This document shows positions 57,131-64,000 of a DNA stretch of 64,000 nucleotides, in pieces. Both the position numbers and the translations under genes were made by a program. This DNA comes from Saprospira grandis (lineage in GTDB: Bacteria; Bacteroidota; Bacteroidia; Chitinophagales; Saprospiraceae). The DNA is taken from the NCBI RefSeq assembly GCF_027594745.1, contig NZ_CP110854.1, forward strand, positions 1,308,241 to 1,372,240. The letters are read 5' to 3'. Positions within the stretch are counted from its first letter, which is position 1; every line of letters begins with the position of its first letter. Below the pieces are notes generated by a model, which did no database searches, was not told where the DNA came from, and was given only the letters and a program-made list of their open reading frames with translations.

Positions 57131-57233
57131 AAATTGTTAGCTGTTGAGGCCCATTTTGGGCCATAAAAATCAATTATTTTCTGTTTGTCTGCGGAAAATA
57201 TACGGAAGAGAATTTATAAATAAATGAAGCAAT

Positions 57234-57911
57234 ATGAATAGCTCGAAAAATAAGGTCAAGTTCTTGGCCCGCGCCTACTTTTTCCTCCTTCCTTGGAGCC
57301 GTCCTAAGAGATTATGGGCTTTGGCGGCCCTATTGCTCTTAATTTTCCTGAGTTTTCAGTACCTCATTTCTCATTGGCAGGCTGCGCTGGGGCCATTGGC
57401 CTCTGGGGAGGAGATTCAGCTACTGGATGCTCAGTTTGGCCTCAAATCTCAAGAGATTATTCCTCTTTTAGCGCATCTGGGGCCTGTTTATCGGCAAGAT
57501 CAGAGCTACTTATACATGAGTTTAGACTTGATTTATCCCCTTGCTTACGGATTGTTTTTTTCGGCTTGGCTACTTTTTCTGCTCCAAAACTCATTTCCTC
57601 GTTATTTGGGCAGTCTTTACCAGCTCTGTTTTTTCCCTTTTTTGATCTCTATCACTGATCTTTTAGAAAATATATCTTTTATATTGTTGCTTTGGCGCTA
57701 TCCTCGGCTTCCCGCTTGGCTTTGGTCCTTGGCCTCCTTTTTTAATCAGGCAAAATGGATTGGAGTCAACTTGCTGCTCATCTTCCTCCTCTTAGGATAC
57801 ATTGCTCGTTGGATGAACCGAGTAGAAGTGGCCGAATTTAAGGCCATGCAAAAGCGCTTTGGCTCAAAGAACTACAATCATTACACTAAAAAACAAGATC
57901 AAGATGTCTAA
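57234..57911 (+). CDS. Membrane protein, hypothetical (5-6 TM helices)
   Basis: 225-aa hydrophobic ORF; its stop overlaps the start of the carbonic anhydrase gene by 8 nt. Confidence 0.45.
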   Translation: MNSSKNKVKFLARAYFFLLPWSRPKRLWALAALLLLIFLSFQYLISHWQAALGPLASGEEIQLLDAQFGLKSQEIIPLLAHLGPVYRQDQSYLYMSLDLIYPLAYGLFFSAWLLFLLQNSFPRYLGSLYQLCFFPFLISITDLLENISFILLLWRYPRLPAWLWSLASFFNQAKWIGVNLLLIFLLLGYIARWMNRVEVAEFKAMQKRFGSKNYNHYTKKQDQDV

Positions 57912-58494
57912 GAACTTATTATGGGATGCGGCCTTGGCCAAATTGAAAGCAGGAAACGACCGCTTTGTCAATGAACAAGCAGAAGGAAAAAAACAGGCCA
58001 TGGACCGCCGCCAAGAGCTTACTAAAGGGCAGGCGCCTTGGGCGATTATTTTGAGTTGTGCCGACTCTAGAGTGGTGCCCGAACTTGCCTTTGACACTGG
58101 CCTGGGCGAGCTCTTTGTGATTCGGGTAGCGGGCAATATTGCCAATACCTCTACCATTGCGAGTATTGAGTATGCCGTGGCCCACCTAGACGTTAATTTG
58201 ATTGTGGTCATGGGCCACGAAAGCTGCGGAGCAGTTACGGCCGCCATGGCCGAGGGCGATGCAGAAAGCAATAACCTCAAGCATTTGTTGGACTATATTC
58301 AGCCGGCGCTTTCGGCCTGCCCCAACTGCCAAGATGTGAACGAAGTGGTTAAGAAAAATGCCGAACTAACGGCAGAAGCCCTAGCGGCCAACTCCAGCAT
58401 CATCCAAAATGAAATCCAGAATGGGGAGCTCAAGGTCTTTTCGGCCTACTACAACCTCTCTGACGGACATGTAGACTTTTTTGAGGAGGCTTAG
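57904..58494 (+). CDS. Beta-class carbonic anhydrase
   Basis: Zinc-ligand motifs CADSRV and HESCGAV (C..D.R / H..CG) at canonical spacing; about 196 aa from the ATG at 57904. Confidence 0.85.
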   Translation: MSKNLLWDAALAKLKAGNDRFVNEQAEGKKQAMDRRQELTKGQAPWAIILSCADSRVVPELAFDTGLGELFVIRVAGNIANTSTIASIEYAVAHLDVNLIVVMGHESCGAVTAAMAEGDAESNNLKHLLDYIQPALSACPNCQDVNEVVKKNAELTAEALAANSSIIQNEIQNGELKVFSAYYNLSDGHVDFFEEA

Positions 58495-58514
58495 GCCAAA
58501 TTGAAAAGGGGAAT

Positions 58515-58550
58515 AAAAAACGCCAGCTCGATAAAAGCTGGCGTTTTTTT
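58515..58550 (+). terminator. Rho-independent terminator after the carbonic anhydrase gene
   Basis: AAAAAACGCCAGCT-CGATAA-AAGCTGGCGTTTTTTT. Confidence 0.75.
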
Positions 58551-58565
58551 GTGGGCCTATATTAT

Positions 58566-58628
58566 TTTTTTTTGGGGCCCGCGGCCAGCTTTGCTGGCCG
58601 CCGCTATGCTGCGGGGCTCACTGTGCCG
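58566..58628 (+). repeat. 5'-terminal 58-60 bp fragment of repeat module A; direct duplicate of the 5' end of the copy at 59723
   Basis: TTTTTTTTGGGGCCCGCGGCCAGCTTTGCTGGCCGCCGCTATGCTGCGGGGCTCAC matches 59723-59783 exactly, then diverges into AT-rich DNA. Confidence 0.85.
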
Positions 58629-58635
58629 CTAATAT

Positions 58636-59559
58636 CTAACATGGGAATATTATTTTCTTTAACCCTTTCTTTTTGGATATACAAGGGCCAAGAACTAGGG
58701 GGCTACAGTCATAAATCTCTAATCTTTCTAAATTTTCGCATTTTAAATTAGACAAATCTGTACTAGTCGTCCCATCTCTATTAACCGTCCCAAACAAACT
58801 TAAAGACTTCAAATTGAGTTTATCTAGCCTTATTAGAGATAAAGGTATATTATAACAGCTTAACTTTTTCAAAAATCTAAGGTGGTGTATTTCTCTACAA
58901 AAATCCAGATTTATTCTACCACCTCCACCTATAGATAAATCTATTTCTCTTAAATTAGGGAGGCGATCCAAAAAAGGTATACTATCTACATACATATAGC
59001 ATGAAGCTGAAAAACGCTCTAATGTGTCAGGGAGACAGATGTACCAATCTTTCAGAGATGGGATGGAGCGTAGTTCTAATTCTTTGAGTTTGTCTAATTC
59101 GATAATTTCTTCAAAATTTTTCACAGAAGAATTTAGAGACAAGCTTTCTATAGCGCTCTGCTGTATCGCTTTAAAATCTATTCTGCTAAAAGATAAATGT
59201 AGTTCTTTTAGTGTGCCTAGATCTTCTACGAAGCTAATATCTTCGGTTGTTGTCTCCAAACGGGATATATCTAAAGTACCTAATTCTGAAGGAAATGAGG
59301 CCCTACTTAAAGGTATTTCAGTAAAACCTGTAAGTATCAAATACTTTATTTGGGGCAGTCGATCTAATAGATATAGTATAGATTCATTTTCTTCATATAC
59401 GGTAAGTGAAATGGTTTCCAACCAATTCATTTTTGAAATTTTATCTAGTTGTTGCTCTGTTATTAGGTCTAACCACCCGCCTCCAAACTCCTCGCATAAA
59501 AAGAGACTTCCAGATCTTTCAATATTTTCCTCTTCGATTAAACCCTCGATATTGTCCAT
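58636..59559 (-). CDS. Leucine-rich-repeat (LRR) protein encoded on a low-GC cassette
   Basis: Repeated LxxLxLxxN/CxxL units (LKELHLSFSRID, LKELELRSIPSL, LREIDLSIGG, LKSLSLFGTV, LERLEIYDCSPL). Markedly AT-rich codon usage, unlike flanking genes; no signal peptide seen. Confidence 0.6.
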   Translation of the reverse strand: MDNIEGLIEEENIERSGSLFLCEEFGGGWLDLITEQQLDKISKMNWLETISLTVYEENESILYLLDRLPQIKYLILTGFTEIPLSRASFPSELGTLDISRLETTTEDISFVEDLGTLKELHLSFSRIDFKAIQQSAIESLSLNSSVKNFEEIIELDKLKELELRSIPSLKDWYICLPDTLERFSASCYMYVDSIPFLDRLPNLREIDLSIGGGGRINLDFCREIHHLRFLKKLSCYNIPLSLIRLDKLNLKSLSLFGTVNRDGTTSTDLSNLKCENLERLEIYDCSPLVLGPCISKKKGLKKIIFPC

Positions 59560-59722
59560 GCAAATATTTTTAGTTAGATAATCCCATAAAGCTAAAAAAA
59601 TAGTTTTTCATTTTTAATAAAAAAACTTTAAATCACAATTGCTCATGGCAAACAAAATTCTTGTTCTTAAATGAGTCGCGGACAGTAGTGGGAGCAGAAT
59701 TATTAAGCACCTATATTATTGT

Positions 59723-59915
59723 TTTTTGGGGCCCGCGGCCAGCTTTGCTGGCCGCCGCTATGCTGCGGGGCTCACAGGTCTGTTCGGCCCTTCGCTTTTT
59801 CGCTTTGCTCAAAAGCTCGGTCTGGCCTTCGGCCACCCCTCCGCAGCGCTGGGCCGCTCATCGGAGCGGTTTTGTTTGGGCGTTCTGCTTTGGCGGCTTG
59901 GCCTTTCCTTTTAAG
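59723..59915 (+). repeat. Intergenic repeat module A, forward (variant with GGCCAGCTTTGCTGGCC first hairpin)
   Basis: TTTTTTGGGGCCCGCGGCCAGCTTTGCTGGCCGCCGCTATGCTGCGGGGCTCACAGGTCTGTTCGGCCCTTCG...GGTCTGGCCTTCGGCCACCCCTCCGCAGCGCTGGGCCGCTCATCGGAGCGG. Confidence 0.85.
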
Positions 59916-60039
59916 CGGTATTCGTCGCTGCGCTCCTCATTCGCCAATATGTCCCCGCCCACCCAGCCCTCTGCGGGATTCCCTAAGGAATCCCTCAGGG
60001 AGGCGGGCAACAAGCTTGCTGCAGACTTGGTCCAAATTC

Positions 60040-60118
60040 AACGCATGAGGGTTGAAACCCTCATGCCTATAAGATGGCGAAGCAATACCGCTCTTGCTGT
60101 AGGTGTTCAGCTACAGCT
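60040..60118 (-). repeat. Module B (three hairpins, partly degenerate), reverse
   Basis: ATGAGGGTTGAAACCCTCAT / GGCGAAGCAATACC / CTGTAGGTGTTCAGCTACAG. Confidence 0.7.
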
Positions 60119-60275
60119 AAAAAGGGCCGAAGGCCCGCAGGCTGAGGGATGGATAGCAGTGGCCCAAAGGGCCAGACCCAGCCGCCTTTGGCGGCGCAGG
60201 GCCGAGCAGACCTGCGAGCTGCGACACAGCCCGACCCGAAGGCCCAAAGGGCCGAAGGGGCAGCCCCAAAAAAAG
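60119..60275 (-). repeat. Intergenic repeat module A, reverse; with 59723-59915 it forms an inverted pair bracketing module B
   Basis: GGGCCGAAGGCCCGCAGGCTGAGGGATGGATAGCAGTGGCCC...GGCCGAGCAGACCTGCGAGCTGCGACACAGCCCGACCC...GGGGCAGCCCCAAAAAAAG. Confidence 0.85.
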
Positions 60276-60278
60276 AAA

Positions 60279-61565
60279 CTACTCCCCCTCCCAGCGGGCA
60301 AAAAGCAAACAACTATTCACATCTCCAAAGCCAAAACTCGCCTTGGCCATATAGCGCAAATCTGCCGCCTCCATTTGCAGGGGAATACAGGCAGCAGAAA
60401 TCTGGGCCGCAATCTCGGGATGAAGATCTTCGGCATTTTTGCTGGGGTGCAAAAAGCCATGGACCAATTGCAAGACCACCGCCACCGACTCAATAGCTCC
60501 CGCCGCAGATAAACAATGACCAATCAAGGATTTTAGGCTATTAATCTTAGGGAAATCATCGGCAGAGCGGCCCAAAGCCCGCAGCCAAGCCCCAATTTCG
60601 GCAGGATCGCCCATGGTGGCCGTCAGATGGCCCGAAATAGCGTCTAGCTCCTGCGCAGCAATGCCCGCATCGGCCAAAGCCAAGCGAATACAGCGCTCTA
60701 TCGCCTTGATGTTGGGAGCCGTCATGCTGCCCCCCTGACGCTGACCGCCCGCATTTAAGTGCCCCCCTTTTAGCTCGGCATAAATGTGCGCGCCACGGGC
60801 TTGAGCCGAGGCCAAACTCTCTAAAACCAATGCGCCAGCGCCGCTGCCCGGCACAAAACCCGCCGCCTGCTCGCTCATTGGGCGAGAAGCCTGCTCTGGG
60901 CGGTCATTAAACTTGCGGCAAAGCACCCGCATCGAATCAAAACCCGCCCAAATATATGGACCAGAACTGTTGCAGCTACCGACCAGCATCCGCTCCGCTC
61001 GTCCCGACCGAATACGATCATAGCCCATTAATATGGCCTCACTGCCCGTGCTGCAAGCCGCCGAATTAGAACTCAACTGATTGCCAAGGCCCAAAAAACC
61101 GCCCAAATAAGCGCTGATGCTGCTCTCCATCGTCTGTTGAATCAAAGAAGAGCCAATGCGGCGGACCTTGCCCGCATCCACCTTATAAATTCCCTCTCGA
61201 ACCACCTCAATACTAGACTGCCCGCCGCCAAAAATGCAGCCCGCCTCCCAATCGGGTTCCTCTTCCTTTTCAGAAATTGGCAAGGCGGCATCCTGCCAAG
61301 CCTCTAGGCCCGCCAAACAGCCATACAAAAGGCCAGAGCCCTGAATATATCGCCTTTGTAAGGGCGTCAAGAAGCTATTAATGTACTCTTCGGTCAGCGG
61401 AGGGCTGCCTGCGACTCGACAAGCAAACTGTAGCTCCTCCAAATCTGGACGATAGCTAATTCCCGACTTTCCCGACTGCAAAGCGGCCAAAAAATCGGCC
61501 TTTCCCAAGGCGTTGGGAGCCACCACCCCCAAACCCGTAATCACGACTCTATTTTCCTGCATCAT
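60279..61565 (-). CDS. Beta-ketoacyl-ACP synthase (KAS I/II-type, Cys-His-His elongating ketosynthase)
   Basis: Active-site SAACSTG (Cys), GHLTATMGDPAE and SLIGHCLSAAG (His/His); 428 aa. Confidence 0.85.
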   Translation of the reverse strand: MMQENRVVITGLGVVAPNALGKADFLAALQSGKSGISYRPDLEELQFACRVAGSPPLTEEYINSFLTPLQRRYIQGSGLLYGCLAGLEAWQDAALPISEKEEEPDWEAGCIFGGGQSSIEVVREGIYKVDAGKVRRIGSSLIQQTMESSISAYLGGFLGLGNQLSSNSAACSTGSEAILMGYDRIRSGRAERMLVGSCNSSGPYIWAGFDSMRVLCRKFNDRPEQASRPMSEQAAGFVPGSGAGALVLESLASAQARGAHIYAELKGGHLNAGGQRQGGSMTAPNIKAIERCIRLALADAGIAAQELDAISGHLTATMGDPAEIGAWLRALGRSADDFPKINSLKSLIGHCLSAAGAIESVAVVLQLVHGFLHPSKNAEDLHPEIAAQISAACIPLQMEAADLRYMAKASFGFGDVNSCLLFARWEGE

Positions 61566-62010
61566 GGCTATTTTTTTTGGTCCACATTCCCGCTAATTCG
61601 GCCTTAGCGACCAAATCGCCAGCCTCATTATAGGCCGAGGCCGTCACTCGAAGCTGTTGGAGACGAAATAATTTCTTTTTGGCCTCTACCCGCAGCAGCT
61701 CTCCAGGGCGATGGAGCTGGTAGAAATTCACCTTAGAGCTACTAAAAGCAATTTTGGGCACCTCCTGCAGCTCCTCTTTCAATAAATAAATGCCTAGGCA
61801 AACCAGGCCAATTTGAGCCATGCACTCCAAGAGCAGCACCCCCGGCGTAATGGGGTCCTCGGGAAAATGGTCCGCATAAAAAGGGGCATCCTCTGCAAAG
61901 CGGTATTGGCCAATAACGCCCTCCTCGTTCAGCTCCAACAACTCATCTACAAAGCAGAAACTGGGACCATAGGGAAGCAAGGCCAAAATATCTTGATAAT
62001 TTTCTTTCAT
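61549..62010 (-). CDS. FabZ/FabA-like 3-hydroxyacyl-ACP dehydratase (hotdog fold)
   Basis: HFP.DPI.PGVL..E..AQ motif (HFPEDPITPGVLLLECMAQ); 153 aa; overlaps the KAS gene by 17 nt. Confidence 0.8.
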   Translation of the reverse strand: MKENYQDILALLPYGPSFCFVDELLELNEEGVIGQYRFAEDAPFYADHFPEDPITPGVLLLECMAQIGLVCLGIYLLKEELQEVPKIAFSSSKVNFYQLHRPGELLRVEAKKKLFRLQQLRVTASAYNEAGDLVAKAELAGMWTKKNSHDAGK

Positions 62011-62016
62011 CTTTTC

Positions 62017-62802
62017 TTAAATCAATCGTTCTCCCCCATCTACGGGGATAATAGCGCCATTAATCCAGGCCGATTCTGCTCGGCAAAGCAGCTCGATAAC
62101 TTTGGCCACATCTTCGGCCTTAGTCATTCGGCCCAAAGGGTTTCGACTTTTGGCAAATTGGGCCAAATCATCGCTGCCTGGAATCAGTTGAAAAGAGCGA
62201 GTATTCATCATGCCCGCCTGTACAATATTGGCTCGGATGCCCAGAGGCGCATACTCTAGGGCCATAGAACGGATGATGGCCTCTAGGGCCGTTTTGGCGG
62301 CAGATACAGCCGCATAATGGGACCAAGCCCGCTGGTTGCCGCCACTACTGAGGCCCAAAACTCGGGCATCTTCGGCAAAGCGGCCTAGAGCAATTAATCC
62401 CTGCGCCCAATCGACAATACTATAAGCCATATTTTGGGCCGTGAGCTGAAAATCAGTACTCGTCAAATTATTCTGCCCTAAAAAAGCCTTGAGATTTCCC
62501 TTGGCAATACTATGCAGCAACAGCCGAAAACGCGCCCCAGCAGGCAGGCGGTTCGAGAGCTCGGCCAAAGAGCGGGCAATTTGCTCCTTCTGCGTAGCAT
62601 CCACATTATAATGCAAAATGCTTACGCCCGTTTCTAGGGCCAAGGCCTGAAAACGAGCCTGGGCCTCTCGGGCATCGGCTCGCCTTTCTCGATAATAAAT
62701 GCAAAGCGACATGCCTTTTTTGGCCAGTACTTGGGCCGCAGCCCAACCTAATCCAGAAGAGCCCCCTAAAATGAGCCCCCAAAGTTCTTTTTCCTTATAC
62801 AT
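62017..62802 (-). CDS. SDR-family reductase with FabI-like Y-x6-K catalytic motif (putative enoyl-ACP reductase)
   Basis: N-terminal Rossmann GGSSGLG; catalytic YAAVSAAK (Y-x6-K, spacing characteristic of FabI rather than the classical YxxxK) followed by ANIVQAGMMNT, cf. E. coli FabI NAISAGPIRT. Confidence 0.65.
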   Translation of the reverse strand: MYKEKELWGLILGGSSGLGWAAAQVLAKKGMSLCIYYRERRADAREAQARFQALALETGVSILHYNVDATQKEQIARSLAELSNRLPAGARFRLLLHSIAKGNLKAFLGQNNLTSTDFQLTAQNMAYSIVDWAQGLIALGRFAEDARVLGLSSGGNQRAWSHYAAVSAAKTALEAIIRSMALEYAPLGIRANIVQAGMMNTRSFQLIPGSDDLAQFAKSRNPLGRMTKAEDVAKVIELLCRAESAWINGAIIPVDGGERLI

Positions 62803-62829
62803 GGGTTTACTAATTTTCTGGGGCGAAGC

Positions 62830-63888
62830 CTACTCCCAATTTAATAATAGCCGCTGAGCCGAAAAGCCTGGGCCAAAGCTGAGCATCAGGCCCTTTTCGC
62901 CTGCGGCAATCTCCTTTTCTAGATAGCGCTCGAGCACATAGAGCACCGTGGCCGAAGACATATTGCCATAAAGGCGCAAGACCTCCTTGGTCTCCTCGAT
63001 ATTTTTGCCCAAATCGGCAAAAAGGCCCTCTACCATCTGTACAATCTTTTTGCCGCCGGGATGAAAAATCAAATGCTCAATCTCTTCGATCGTCAAGCCA
63101 TTCTTTTCAATAAAAGGAAAAAGGACCGACTTAAAATGCCGCTCAATTTTATTGGGCACTTCCTTGTCCAAAATCATTTGAAGGCCCGTATTGCGCAGCT
63201 TGAAGCCCATCATATCAATTTCGTCATAAAAATGATACATTTCTCCTGCAATGATGGCGGGTTTTAGCTCCTCGGAGGGGCCCAGAATGGTACAAACCGC
63301 TCCATCGCCAAAAATGGCCGCACTGACCATATTGACCATGCTCATATCATCCTGCTGAAAAGTAGCCGTAGGCGACTCAAAAGCGACAATAGCCGCCCGC
63401 TTGCCCGGATTGGCCAAAAGCAGATTGTAGGCATAAATCAAAGCGGAGGTTCCCCCCGCACAGCCCATTTCTGTTACGGGCAAACGCATAATATCTTGAC
63501 GCATTCTCAGCGCATTAATTAAGTAGGCATCTATGGAGGGAATCATAATGCCCGTACAGCTCACACTAATGATTATATCGATATCGGTAGGCTGCAAATT
63601 GGCTTTTTTGAGGGCCCCTTCTACGGCTTGCTGCGTCAGTAGGGTATATTCCTCGGCATAACGGGCATTCTTTTCCTCAAAGGAGGTTTGCTGAAACACC
63701 TCTTCGATGTCCATAATGGAGTAGCGACGGTCTACCTGCGCATAGCGAAAAATACGCTCCACCTTACGGCGAAAGCGTTCGTCTTGGCCCTTGGCCTGCA
63801 GCCAAAGATCGATATAGGGTAAAATATCGGCTGTAGATCTAGAATAAGGCGGCAGAGCCTTATGTGTGGAAAGTATTTTTATAGACAA
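62830..63888 (-). CDS. Type III polyketide synthase (chalcone/stilbene synthase superfamily)
   Basis: Active-site Cys context MGCAGGTSAL; HPGGKKI; GNMSSATV (cf. CHS GNMSSACV); C-terminal SFGPGFS (GFGPG loop). These motifs match type III PKS, not FabH. Start codon appears to be TTG. Confidence 0.8.
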   Translation of the reverse strand: MSIKILSTHKALPPYSRSTADILPYIDLWLQAKGQDERFRRKVERIFRYAQVDRRYSIMDIEEVFQQTSFEEKNARYAEEYTLLTQQAVEGALKKANLQPTDIDIIISVSCTGIMIPSIDAYLINALRMRQDIMRLPVTEMGCAGGTSALIYAYNLLLANPGKRAAIVAFESPTATFQQDDMSMVNMVSAAIFGDGAVCTILGPSEELKPAIIAGEMYHFYDEIDMMGFKLRNTGLQMILDKEVPNKIERHFKSVLFPFIEKNGLTIEEIEHLIFHPGGKKIVQMVEGLFADLGKNIEETKEVLRLYGNMSSATVLYVLERYLEKEIAAGEKGLMLSFGPGFSAQRLLLNWE

Positions 63889-64000
63889 GAGAGTATATTT
63901 TAAGTTTTTTGGGGTAAGCGATTTTTAAAATACGAGAAAAAATAGGCTATGGAGTTATTTAGCTGCTTTTTTATCTTTCTCCAAATGGAATCACTTCCTT

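Noticed and set aside
62830-63888. Initial impression of a FabH (KAS III) gene completing a fab-type operon
   Set aside because: Motifs GCAGGTSAL, HPGG, GNMSSA and C-terminal GFGPG are those of type III PKS (CHS family), not FabH (which has GCSGF / GFGGGLTWG-type motifs).

Overview
This 64-kb window looks like a Bacteroidetes chromosome segment of roughly 48-50% GC, most plausibly from a gliding Saprospiraceae-type organism. That reading rests on TAnnTTTG-type promoters, gldC, T9SS C-terminal sorting domains, many TPR/PD40/OmpA envelope proteins and no Shine-Dalgarno dependence. Gene content is mostly housekeeping: a PfkB kinase, two tRNA-Asn(GUU), a radical-SAM Mqn enzyme of the futalosine pathway, rpmI-rplT, rpsA, an ABC-F ATPase, tsaB, dapF, an HtrA protease, a PduO-type adenosyltransferase, HemJ, an ECF sigma/anti-sigma pair, hutH and a beta-carbonic anhydrase. 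Between these sit accessory-looking loci.

The most striking feature is not a gene. About 24 copies of a GC-rich, hairpin-dense 130-260 bp repeat (module A, 5'-TTTTTGGGGC...CATCGCTAGGCC / CATCCCTCAGCC-3') occupy nearly every intergenic space in both orientations. Some are tandem dimers, some are inverted pairs, and some are fused to a second module (B) of three consecutive palindromic hairpins that is itself tandemly amplified (78 bp x 2.7). One copy has been split by a 1.1-kb AT-rich cassette carrying a leucine-rich-repeat gene, with a 58-bp direct duplication of the repeat's 5' end. A separate 41-bp x ~7 tandem array of perfect 8-bp-stem hairpins lies between two convergent genes.

Candidate undescribed systems, each isolated between repeat copies:
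- A 1127-aa RecB/Cas4-like PD-(D/E)xK nuclease fused to an SF1 Upf1/Dna2-type helicase; the Nhi/Dna2-like architecture suggests a single-gene defence candidate.
- A 1052-aa acidic protein with no recognizable domain, preceded by a ~60-aa partner gene.
- A low-GC 469-aa hypothetical and the LRR cassette.

Also notable are a yjbQ gene interrupted by a single in-frame TAA, and at the right edge the start of a biosynthetic cluster (type III PKS, FabI-like reductase, FabZ-like dehydratase, KAS) that runs off the window.

All functional calls rest on motifs read by eye. No database searches were possible.
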